A stretch of DNA of 64,000 nucleotides from Nitrosopumilaceae archaeon (GTDB taxonomy: Archaea > Thermoproteota > Nitrososphaeria > Nitrososphaerales > Nitrosopumilaceae): positions 640,001 through 704,000 of the forward strand of contig OZ242274.1 of NCBI GenBank assembly GCA_965207375.1, given 5' to 3'. Positions 20,063 to 28,971 of the stretch are shown here, piece by piece. The position numbers and the translations under genes were made by a program. A model generated the notes under the pieces. The model worked only from the letters and a program-made list of their open reading frames with translations. It was not told where the DNA came from and ran no database searches. Position 1 is the stretch's first letter. The number at the start of each line of letters is the position of its first letter.

Positions 20063-21238
20063 TCAAATCATTCCTTCCAGCTTTTCAAAATGCTTGATAT
20101 TTAGATCCAAATACATGACCATGTCGTTGATGGTTATCAGATCTCTTTTTCTAGAGTCAGATACTAGTCGGACATACCGCCTGCCGTTGTGACTTGTGCA
20201 TTCTTTGGCCATGTTTCTCTTGCCCCCGCCCCCATGTCTTTTGGTAGTGGGAACAGGTGGGTTTGTTTTATAGTGTTTTTTGTATTCCACCCATCGCGGA
20301 TCGCCGTCAAGCAAGTTTAGTATGCGCACGATAGTGGCTGTTTTGCTTGCACAAAATTTATTGGCCAACAAATCGATCACAGAACTTGTTGGGCGATCCC
20401 TCATATCTTCCAACTCCCTTAGCATTGCTTTTCTGGGCATGATAACTGCTCCTGCAAAGATGTTGCACCACCTCTCTACCAACATGTTTTGTCCTTTGTG
20501 TTGTCCATCGATATAGTTTGGATTGGCTAGGCATATTCCATCGGTTCTCAGCAGGAGATGAGCGTACTCGTGTAACAGAGTAAATAGTTTTGTCCGTGGT
20601 TCGTCTTTGGAGTTGATTACAATCACCTTCGGATACTTGTCTGATATTACAAACCCCCTAGCATCACTAATGTCCATGGACATCTGCATCACAAATATGT
20701 TAAACGATTCGATCTTTTCTCTCAAGGCCGTGTATACATCCAAAACAAACTTGTCTATCTTTTCTCCCACGTGTGATCTTTGAAGATCCAAACCAAGCGT
20801 CTTCCTTTCTGTTTCTGCCACCCTCTCTGGATCATCTTGGAGGGTTCGGGGAATGATATTTGGTTGTACGTCTTCTGAGCGCATCTCCAACAACTCGCCT
20901 GCATTGGCCTGAACATACCTAGCACGTCTGATAACCTCTAGGGTCTTTCTAGATATCTTCACAGCGGTGTCGGATCTGTCTATCCTTCTATAATCTGTTG
21001 GTTCTTTTTCATCTGGCGGCTCTGACAGCAATAGTACAGATATGGGTCTATTGATCACCTTTGAGATCTTTTTCAGATCACTCACCTTGATGAGAGTGTT
21101 TGACCTCCCCCACTCTTGTATAGACTTTAGTTTGATGTCGGTTCTCTCTGACAATTCTTTCTCCTCCCATCCAGATCCTGCGGTGGCCCATCTGAAAACA
21201 GCTGAGTTGATCTTCACCTTCAAATGTTGTGCACTCAT
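20063..21238 (-). CDS. XRE-HTH + ImmA/IrrE (M78) metallopeptidase
   Basis: N-terminal HTH, FTLLHEYAH, ERWCNIFAGAVIMP; AGGAGGT SD upstream of ATG 21238. Confidence 0.9.
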   Translation of the reverse strand: MSAQHLKVKINSAVFRWATAGSGWEEKELSERTDIKLKSIQEWGRSNTLIKVSDLKKISKVINRPISVLLLSEPPDEKEPTDYRRIDRSDTAVKISRKTLEVIRRARYVQANAGELLEMRSEDVQPNIIPRTLQDDPERVAETERKTLGLDLQRSHVGEKIDKFVLDVYTALREKIESFNIFVMQMSMDISDARGFVISDKYPKVIVINSKDEPRTKLFTLLHEYAHLLLRTDGICLANPNYIDGQHKGQNMLVERWCNIFAGAVIMPRKAMLRELEDMRDRPTSSVIDLLANKFCASKTATIVRILNLLDGDPRWVEYKKHYKTNPPVPTTKRHGGGGKRNMAKECTSHNGRRYVRLVSDSRKRDLITINDMVMYLDLNIKHFEKLEGMI

Positions 21239-21341
21239 ATGGTGTATACCTCCTGTTTTGATATCACTTTTTGCACAGATTTCAGAAACGATTTCAATCC
21301 TCATTAATTCGTCATAGAAGTATTTATGTCAATATTTACGA

Positions 21342-21645
21342 GGTTCTGTTGGACTATGTAGTTCTAGTATCGGAACTAGAGAATTTAGACTATAGAAGAT
21401 TTACAGTTGTAGACACACTATGAAAGAAAACACAAAAGACAAAAAGCTCAGAGGCAATACTGCTCCCAATGAAACAATCTGGCGCTGCCCGAGTTCTTGA
21501 ATCCATTCTTATTTTACAGCATATTAATTAGATCTACTACTCAACGCACAATCTAGAGCGCAAAACTAGATGCAAACAAAAGATAACGCATCTCAAAAGC
21601 CTTGAAAGCAGATGACAACAAATGGATTACACTTGTTCAATCCAA
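21342..21645 (+). mobile_element. Second IS6-like remnant (internally deleted)
   Basis: GGTTCTGTTGG end at 21342; plus strand DDNKWITLVQ near 21611-21640, 20/21 nt identical (inverted) to 19468-19488. Confidence 0.45.
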
Positions 21646-21669
21646 TCCCGCCTAAAGATGACAAATGCA

Positions 21670-22044
21670 CAAAATGATGCATCTACATATCTTGAAACTA
21701 AATCACGAAATTATTACCTTCGTTGAGATGCCTTACCATCTGCCCTATAATTTCCGATGGATGGCTCTGTCCGCATCCATCACTATCACTAACCGAGACT
21801 TGTGATTGTTATGTCATCTAGTATGGCTGATCCGAGTCCTTTTTTATGTGTGCGATTGTGAAAGTCTATGTCCATTTTGTTCTTATCATTTGCGATAAAC
21901 TCATTTACCGCACTATCTGTGCTACTATCTAGAACCGTCGTCTATTATAATCTGTAGACTCAGTCTTTCTGACACTATTCTTTCCAGCAATTTACCGATG
22001 TTTGTTGATTTATTGAGGATAGCAATGATTAAACTAAGGTTCAA
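21670..22044 (-). pseudogene. GT2 dolichol-phosphate mannosyltransferase-like pseudogene
   Basis: Fragments across frames: MNLSLIIAILNKSTNIGKLLERI, IIDDGS, KKGLGSAILD, VIVMDAD, SRYV; frameshifts and stops. Confidence 0.7.
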
Positions 22045-23516
22045 GGTGTCACCTTGCCGGTATGTGCAAATATTGTGCTGCCCTCGTTTGTGAATCTTAG
22101 ATTGGTGTACGGGTATTTGTTGGTATCGTATTTGTCCACATTCCCTGTATATTCCTTGATCAGTTTGGTGTTATGGTACACATCAACTAGTTCAGCTCCT
22201 TTTTCCTGATCGAGAATGTAATGCGGATCAATCAAAACGTACAGATAGTCAGTCGCAGGAGCATAATACAACATGTCCGCATAATCAAGAAAGACATTGT
22301 CCATGCCATGTACATCGGATAATATCCACGTATAAACAGGGCTGGCAAGTAGCGTCATCTTATCATCATCAAAGTTTAGTATTGTGTCCTCAAGTGCGTC
22401 AAATTGGGCCGAACTCATGTCAGTGTTAATAAGCATGGAGGAAACCACGATGCCAAACAGAGCAAAGCCGAGGATCACTGTGATGCTACTAGTTGTGAAA
22501 AGGACATTTGATTTTATTCTGTGTAGATTGTCGTGTATCATATATGAGACAGCGATGCAGGCCACCGGCATCAGTAATATGTAGTGAAAATACTGGAAGA
22601 ACCCAACACTGCTCACAAATATCAGAAATGGGGCAAACCAGAACACCAAGAAGAGATTCTTCTTGATTGCCGCGTATACAAATGACGCACCACCTAAGAC
22701 CGTCATTACGGGATCTATACTGAACATGTATCCTGTAATTGGCAGTATACTGCCGGTGCCTCTTCCTACTTGCCATAATACATCTCGTAACCAATAATCC
22801 AACTGGTCTAGATGCACTGCAAACGCGGGCCAGGCAGAGGGAATTACAAAAATCGGCGGCAGTGATTTACCAAGTGTCTTGATCCCGTGGTTTGATGCTA
22901 TGATGTATCCAACTACAGGTATCATTGTAACCGCAGTCAACTTGGTAAATATAGCAAGTCCCAGTAGGATAGATGAGCACAATATCATAATATTTTTGTT
23001 TTCAGAGTCCTTTGAGTGCAGGGCCAAAAGTATCGAAGAGAGCATAAAAGGAAGCAGAATGGTGTCAAGCAATATTCTCCGAACCATCCACGTCATCGGC
23101 ATTGCCGCAAATAGTATAGATGCTAGTATTGCAACCCGCTTGCCGAATCTTTTTTCTGTTATCTTGTATATTAAAAACGTGTCAAGAATGGCAAGAAGCC
23201 CCATAAGGACGCGCGGCACCAGATATGACATCTCCAACGACTGATCCACTGTTTGTGGAAAGCCTGCAATATTTAGAAATCCAGACAAGAATATCTGGCC
23301 AAAGTAAGGATGATCATAAAATGTGCCTTCTTGATGATTGCCAGTTTCCAAAACAGTCATAGCCCGCCTCATGTAAATACCCTCATCAAAGAAAATATCT
23401 GGATATCCCACCGGATTCCACAAATGGACGTAGGCAGATAGCACGAGTATTGCTACCAAGACAGCATAATGATATCTCGTGTGAAACTGTAATAATTCCA
23501 ACTTAGACGACCTCAA
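22041..23516 (-). CDS. GT-C membrane glycosyltransferase (ArnT/PMT_2, GT39/83-like)
   Basis: FFDEGIY, YDHPYFG, LGLAIFTK motifs; many TM helices. Confidence 0.85.
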   Translation of the reverse strand: MRSSKLELLQFHTRYHYAVLVAILVLSAYVHLWNPVGYPDIFFDEGIYMRRAMTVLETGNHQEGTFYDHPYFGQIFLSGFLNIAGFPQTVDQSLEMSYLVPRVLMGLLAILDTFLIYKITEKRFGKRVAILASILFAAMPMTWMVRRILLDTILLPFMLSSILLALHSKDSENKNIMILCSSILLGLAIFTKLTAVTMIPVVGYIIASNHGIKTLGKSLPPIFVIPSAWPAFAVHLDQLDYWLRDVLWQVGRGTGSILPITGYMFSIDPVMTVLGGASFVYAAIKKNLFLVFWFAPFLIFVSSVGFFQYFHYILLMPVACIAVSYMIHDNLHRIKSNVLFTTSSITVILGFALFGIVVSSMLINTDMSSAQFDALEDTILNFDDDKMTLLASPVYTWILSDVHGMDNVFLDYADMLYYAPATDYLYVLIDPHYILDQEKGAELVDVYHNTKLIKEYTGNVDKYDTNKYPYTNLRFTNEGSTIFAHTGKVTP

Positions 23517-23934
23517 AATTGATACTTGATAAATTTGGACTGATTTCCACTAGCTTCACTCTAGTCCTCAAACGTTTTTTCTATAATGCCAAACAACATT
23601 CCTTTCAGAAACAACGAGTAATTCTTACCGATATTATGGTGTATCAAGTTCAGCATTTTTCATCCAATCTTTCTAGAATGATTTGTATCCTTCCAGTCAT
23701 CTGATCTATCAATTAGTTTGTCTTCGGGTATTGTGCCTGCTTGAATCTTTGTATCTGCATATTCTATCATACTAAATGTAAGAATCGTTGCGACAATTAA
23801 TAAAGTAATCAATGTTGTTTTTACTTTCATGTCCTTGCATACCCTACAACTCTTTGTTATATTAAAATTGATATTGATTTGCGGTATGCCTTGTTTTATT
23901 ATAGAGGTATAGTAATTACAATAGATAATCACTC

Positions 23935-24287
23935 ATTTTTTGTTTTTTCGTAACAGATCGACTTTCTGAAGCTACTCTGGTTTTTAGATGTTCCATGAAA
24001 CTACGTGCAAAACCCCGGTGCAGTTTACGACAATGAACCAATACAGAACAGAGACATGTTACAGAAATGATCACACAGCATCAATTTGTGTATTACACAT
24101 TCCTTGGATACGGAATAAACTCTAGTTCGTCAAAAAATTTGTCACGTGTCAGGTGGTTTTTGGTTAACTTAGTCACCAACATGGTTGGTGTAATGTCCTT
24201 TCTTTTTGATTCTATCTCCAATGCATAGTGCAAATCCTCATCTAATCTGAATGTAACATGTTTCTTCCTTTTCTTAATTCAACCCAT
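23935..24287 (-). pseudogene. Ribbon-helix-helix DNA-binding protein pseudogene
   Basis: MG*IKKRKKHVTFRLDEDLHYALEIESKRKDITPTMLV..; stop at codon 3 and later stops; downstream boundary approximate. Confidence 0.5.
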
Positions 24288-24320
24288 TAACTAAATTAGT
24301 GAGCAAATTGGCCTTCTATC

Positions 24321-25235
24321 ATGCTTTGCATTAGTACGAAATCCCTTTGCAAGTCATACGGCTCTACTGCAGCAGTTAGCAACCTAGATCTATCTGTTGA
24401 ATCGGGTCAGGTTTTTGGTTTTTTAGGGCCTAATGGCGCAGGCAAATCCACTACCATCAAACTACTTACCACCCTAATCCGGCCTTCTAGCGGATCTCTA
24501 GAAATCTTTAGTTTGGATGCGATCAAAGAACCTTTGGCAGTTAGATCAAAAATTGGCGTGGTTTTACAACAGCCTAGCTACGAACCCACGCTTTCGGTTG
24601 AAAAATCCCTTGACAAGTATGGTATGATGTGGAATGTACCCTCTGAGACCAGAAAGAGGCGGGTAGAGCAGTTACTTGTAGATTTTGAATTGACACAAAT
24701 AAGAAAAAAACGCAATGAAGATCTGTCTATAGGGCAGCGCCGCCGTGTTCAGGTCGCACGTGAATTTATGCATGATATGGATTTGTTATTCCTTGACGAG
24801 CCTACAGTAGGTTTAGATCCTGCCGCAAGACGGAAACTATTTGATTTTCTCAAAAGCAAGGTAAAATCAGGACTAACCATTTTCTATACGACCCACGTTT
24901 TGACAGAGGCAGAATATCTGTGTGATACAATTGCCATTATCAACAAAGGAAATATTTTGACCATTGACACACCTGAATCACTAAAACAAACCTATGGCAG
25001 AGAAAAAACCATCAAAATACGAGTAACAGAATCAATTGCAAACATGCCCGAATTACAGCAAATCCCAGATTGTGTAATTGATGATACTATGGGAACCATT
25101 ACAATAAAATCTGAATTTTCTGAAGGTATTCTCTCAACTGTCTTGCAGCTTTTCTCTCAACACAAAATAACCATCGAAGACCTCTCAGTTATTCCCACCA
25201 ATCTTGAAGAAATATTTCTTAAAATGGTAGAATGA
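24321..25235 (+). CDS. ABC-2 type transporter ATP-binding protein
   Basis: GPNGAGKST, LSIGQ, LFLDEPTVGLDP, TTH. Confidence 0.93.
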   Translation: MLCISTKSLCKSYGSTAAVSNLDLSVESGQVFGFLGPNGAGKSTTIKLLTTLIRPSSGSLEIFSLDAIKEPLAVRSKIGVVLQQPSYEPTLSVEKSLDKYGMMWNVPSETRKRRVEQLLVDFELTQIRKKRNEDLSIGQRRRVQVAREFMHDMDLLFLDEPTVGLDPAARRKLFDFLKSKVKSGLTIFYTTHVLTEAEYLCDTIAIINKGNILTIDTPESLKQTYGREKTIKIRVTESIANMPELQQIPDCVIDDTMGTITIKSEFSEGILSTVLQLFSQHKITIEDLSVIPTNLEEIFLKMVE

Positions 25236-25241
25236 ATCAGT

Positions 25242-26003
25242 ATGCATCCAATTATAAGACTTGTAAATAGAAATTTGACAGTTTCCTTAAATCCCGGATT
25301 TTTGATATGGCAGGTAATTTTTCCACTGATTTACATCTTTGTGGCAGGTTTTGCTTATACCTCTTTGATTAGCGATGTCACATTTGGAAATAAAAGCCTG
25401 AGTTATCCTGTATTTTTGGCAACCGGAATGATTGGATTCAACATTATGAACAGCACGCTAGTTTCAGGAATAGTGATCTGGAACGATAGAAAGCATGGCA
25501 TGTTTGAGCAGATTATGTCTGGCCCCTTTACACGCACTCATTATATAATCAGCAATATCTGCACAATAGGAATAATCGGACTAGTTAGTGCGTTTTTAAT
25601 AGTTATAGTGGGATTTCCCGTCTTTGCAGATTCTGTAGAATTTGAAATCTATACCATACCGTTAATCATATTTGCATCCGTAACAGGCTCGATACTGTTT
25701 GGTTCTATTGCCTCAATTATTTCCACTCGGCTCAAATCAAGTGAAGGATTCAATGTGATAATTAATACTGTCTTTTTGTTTTTTGCATTTGTCAGTACGG
25801 CATTTTATCCTGCATCAGGTGCACCAGAGGTGTTATCTGTTGCATTTTATCTCAACCCATTGACGTATCTAGTTGATGTTATCCGAGCCGCAATGTTTGG
25901 TGTAATTACTGAACTTGTGCTAGTAGAAATATTGATTCTAGTTATTCTTGCCTTGGGACTGTTTTCTGTAGCTACAAGACTGCTTACCCGCCTAGATTTT
26001 TGA
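25242..26003 (+). CDS. ABC-2 type transporter permease
   Basis: Six TM segments, STAFYP and NPLTYLVD motifs; adjacent to ATPase. Confidence 0.92.
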   Translation: MHPIIRLVNRNLTVSLNPGFLIWQVIFPLIYIFVAGFAYTSLISDVTFGNKSLSYPVFLATGMIGFNIMNSTLVSGIVIWNDRKHGMFEQIMSGPFTRTHYIISNICTIGIIGLVSAFLIVIVGFPVFADSVEFEIYTIPLIIFASVTGSILFGSIASIISTRLKSSEGFNVIINTVFLFFAFVSTAFYPASGAPEVLSVAFYLNPLTYLVDVIRAAMFGVITELVLVEILILVILALGLFSVATRLLTRLDF

Positions 26004-26006
26004 AGG

Positions 26007-26079
26007 TAGCCCGGTCCAGACTCGAACTGGAGTCAAGGGCTCCAAAGGCCCCTATGCTTGACCGCTACACTACCGGGCT
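26007..26079 (-). tRNA. tRNA-Gln(UUG)
   Basis: AGCCCGG acceptor stem, anticodon loop CTTTGGA, T arm TCCAG-TTCGAGT-CTGGA. Confidence 0.96.
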
Positions 26080-26117
26080 ATCAAAATAATTAACTTTTGG
26101 TCCCTTAATGATATTTT

Positions 26118-27152
26118 CTATTTCATTAACTGCTTGATTACTTTTTCTAGCACCACGTATGGATCTTGCATCTGTTGCATAATTTTTTTTGATCTGTCAG
26201 CATACTGGTCTTTTTTACCATCTAGCATCTTTTTTGCCAGTTTGGATATCTTTTTTGGATCAGATTCCCTTTTGGCAATCTTTTTGTTTATGAGAAACTG
26301 TTCAACTATATTTGGAACTGCATTATATGATAATGTCGGGAGTCCCAACAACGCTGACTCTGCAGTCATCGTTCCACCAGAACCTATGAACAGATCAGAG
26401 TTTAGCAAAAGATTTTTTCCATTGTATGATTTTGTCAAAACCTTGACCTTGTCTCCGAATCTCTTTTTCAAATAAAAAATCTGTTCCTTGTATCTGGCCA
26501 AAACAACTATCTGTGCATCTATCGTACCTTGTGCCAATTCTTCAATTATGTCGACGGTTTTATTTTTATATTTCACATATGAGGCCTGTTCTTCGTCTAC
26601 TCTGAACAAGATTACTTTTTTATTTTTATCAAAGGGAAGTTTGCTGTTTTCTTTAATTTTCTGTCTTACTATGGAGGCTGCATCTATTGCATTGTATTTT
26701 ATGATATTTTCAGAACTGATTCCAAATTTTGTAAATCCTGATTTGGCAATGATGCGCGGAATTAATAATTTCTGAAGTAATGGCACAGACAGCTTTATTG
26801 CAGCTATTGCATACGGTGTATCTGTAAACCCTATGTGTTTTATACCTAATCCGTGTGCAATTCTTGCAGCATCTGGAGAACAAAAACTAATTGTCAAATC
26901 AGGTCTTTGTTTTTCAATTAATTTCTGCAGTTTGGCCATTCTGTAAATACTAGATTTTAACTTTGATTCCTTTCTTTTTCCTCCATATTTTCCTACAGAA
27001 ATCAACTCAAATTCTTGCAATTTTACCAAATTTGATAATTCCCTGTATCTTCTACCTGTACAAATTACCGTATGTTTTTTTCTTAATTTTTTAACAATTG
27101 GCTCAAAAAACAATAATTGCTTGGGGGTCAGTATATCGATCCAAATTTTCAA
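26118..27152 (-). CDS. DUF354-family GT-B fold protein
   Basis: MKIWIDILTPKQ, FIGSGGTMTAESALLG. Confidence 0.85.
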   Translation of the reverse strand: MKIWIDILTPKQLLFFEPIVKKLRKKHTVICTGRRYRELSNLVKLQEFELISVGKYGGKRKESKLKSSIYRMAKLQKLIEKQRPDLTISFCSPDAARIAHGLGIKHIGFTDTPYAIAAIKLSVPLLQKLLIPRIIAKSGFTKFGISSENIIKYNAIDAASIVRQKIKENSKLPFDKNKKVILFRVDEEQASYVKYKNKTVDIIEELAQGTIDAQIVVLARYKEQIFYLKKRFGDKVKVLTKSYNGKNLLLNSDLFIGSGGTMTAESALLGLPTLSYNAVPNIVEQFLINKKIAKRESDPKKISKLAKKMLDGKKDQYADRSKKIMQQMQDPYVVLEKVIKQLMK

Positions 27153-27213
27153 CTAAATCCTTCTTCAAAACCGCTTCAATAAGTTTTTCTTAGTCGATAT
27201 TGCATAAAATTCA

Positions 27214-28350
27214 ATGAGAGGAGTAAAAATTGCCGTTTATGGTCTTAGTACCGAAGGGTATTCTCTTGCATGCCAGATGGCCATACAGGGAGCTGATGTA
27301 TTTTTAATTGATGAATCCTCGCCCTCTGCAATATCTCTAAATCTGGAAATTGCCAAAACATATCCCAATGTTGCATCCCTAAAGGAGGATGAACCCTTGC
27401 TTTCTATGGAGCCAATTGATGTGGCCATATCAAAGGCTCAATATCTGTTCTTTGCTCCAAGAATTAGAAAGTCCGGCCAGGACACAAAGACCGAAATTCA
27501 TTCAAAATTCAAAGATGCATCACAGTCTATGCAAAAAAACAGCACCATTGTATACAATATTCCTACTGGATTTGGAGGCAACAACGAAAACATAGCCCTG
27601 TTAGAGCATGTAACAGGATTTGAGACAGGTAAATCAATAAATTATTTTTATTATCCTATATCTGCGCAAAACCTGCCTAGGGTCATAGGATCATTTAATG
27701 GAAAATCCGATGATAAACTTGCCAGACTTTTATCAGACGGCAAAAAACAAAAAAAATTTGTGAATCTGCCCTCCTCCGAACATTTTCATGCCGTTGACGT
27801 TTTGTCCCAATTTTCAAAGACGTGCAGCATTTTAGAGGTATACAAATTTGCTCAAGATGATGCCGCCAAAGAAAATCTCTCACTAGATGAATTTACAAAT
27901 GTTTTTCTTGATGACATAATAAATGATATGTATGATCTAAAATCTCTTGGCTCCTCTTTTGAAGGTGCAAATACCTTGATGTATTTAATTAACACAAGTA
28001 TCAAGTGCATTGATGCTTACGTCAAGCGCCTAATTGACGAAATCCGTGCCACGTTAAAAAAACACGATCTCAAGGCTAGCAAGACAAAAATTGCCCTGTC
28101 TTGGACATTAGATCCGCATCAAATGAGCGGTGAAAAACTAGAGATGCTGCAAACCCTCACTACTAAATTGCGTGATTATATCGGTGAGGTTGAGGCTTAT
28201 GAAGATTCCAATTTTGGTCTTTTTCATAGCGATAAAGACACAATAGTTGTATCATGTTCTAAAATGGATTATGAAAACATGATAGATGGCAAAAAAGATG
28301 GCGGATTAGTAGTCATCAAAGCCAATCCTATGTGCGAAACAATCCAATAA
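27214..28350 (+). CDS. Conserved hypothetical protein, degenerate nucleotide-sugar dehydrogenase-like fold
   Basis: N-terminal KIAVYGLSTEG Rossmann-like start; no recognisable catalytic GGxC motif. Confidence 0.55.
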   Translation: MRGVKIAVYGLSTEGYSLACQMAIQGADVFLIDESSPSAISLNLEIAKTYPNVASLKEDEPLLSMEPIDVAISKAQYLFFAPRIRKSGQDTKTEIHSKFKDASQSMQKNSTIVYNIPTGFGGNNENIALLEHVTGFETGKSINYFYYPISAQNLPRVIGSFNGKSDDKLARLLSDGKKQKKFVNLPSSEHFHAVDVLSQFSKTCSILEVYKFAQDDAAKENLSLDEFTNVFLDDIINDMYDLKSLGSSFEGANTLMYLINTSIKCIDAYVKRLIDEIRATLKKHDLKASKTKIALSWTLDPHQMSGEKLEMLQTLTTKLRDYIGEVEAYEDSNFGLFHSDKDTIVVSCSKMDYENMIDGKKDGGLVVIKANPMCETIQ

Positions 28351-28368
28351 GAATAAATTTAGAAAATC

Positions 28369-28965
28369 ATGTCTCATTTTTTATTGAGCAAAGACGACAA
28401 ACCAGATGATTCTAGTATCCAAATACCTGTCGAATCTGTAGAACCAGAAAGCAAGATATCTGCAGAATCTGCCACGTCACAAGACGAATCTACATCTTTG
28501 AGCAAAGAAGAAATGTTAAAGTTAATCAACGAACAAAACTCCAAACTGCAAGACTATGAAGAAAAACTAAAACACGCTCTTGCAGATTTTGCAAATCTTC
28601 AAAAAAAGACATCCCTAGATATACGGACCGGAATAAACAATCAAACCGACAAGATGTTTTTGGATTTTTTACAAATTTATGATGATTTTTTGAGGGCTAA
28701 AGACGCTTATAATGCTAATAATATCGACACTGATGGGTTGGATTCTATATTGAAGAACATGGACTCTTTTTTGTCAAGCAATAATGTAGTCCAAATTGAG
28801 GCATTAGGGGAGATTTTTAATCCCAATTTTCACGAGGCTATTTCAATAATATCTGACTCTCAACTTGATGATGATACCATTACCAAAGAAATCAGAAAAG
28901 GATATATTTCTAATAATAGAGTTATAAGACCAACACTAGTCGAAATATCAAAAAGAAACAAGTGA
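28369..28965 (+). CDS. grpE: Nucleotide exchange factor GrpE
   Basis: ADFANLQK, GEIFNPNFHEAI, KGY..RVIRPTLVEI. Confidence 0.95.
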   Translation: MSHFLLSKDDKPDDSSIQIPVESVEPESKISAESATSQDESTSLSKEEMLKLINEQNSKLQDYEEKLKHALADFANLQKKTSLDIRTGINNQTDKMFLDFLQIYDDFLRAKDAYNANNIDTDGLDSILKNMDSFLSSNNVVQIEALGEIFNPNFHEAISIISDSQLDDDTITKEIRKGYISNNRVIRPTLVEISKRNK

Positions 28966-28971
28966 TGAAAT

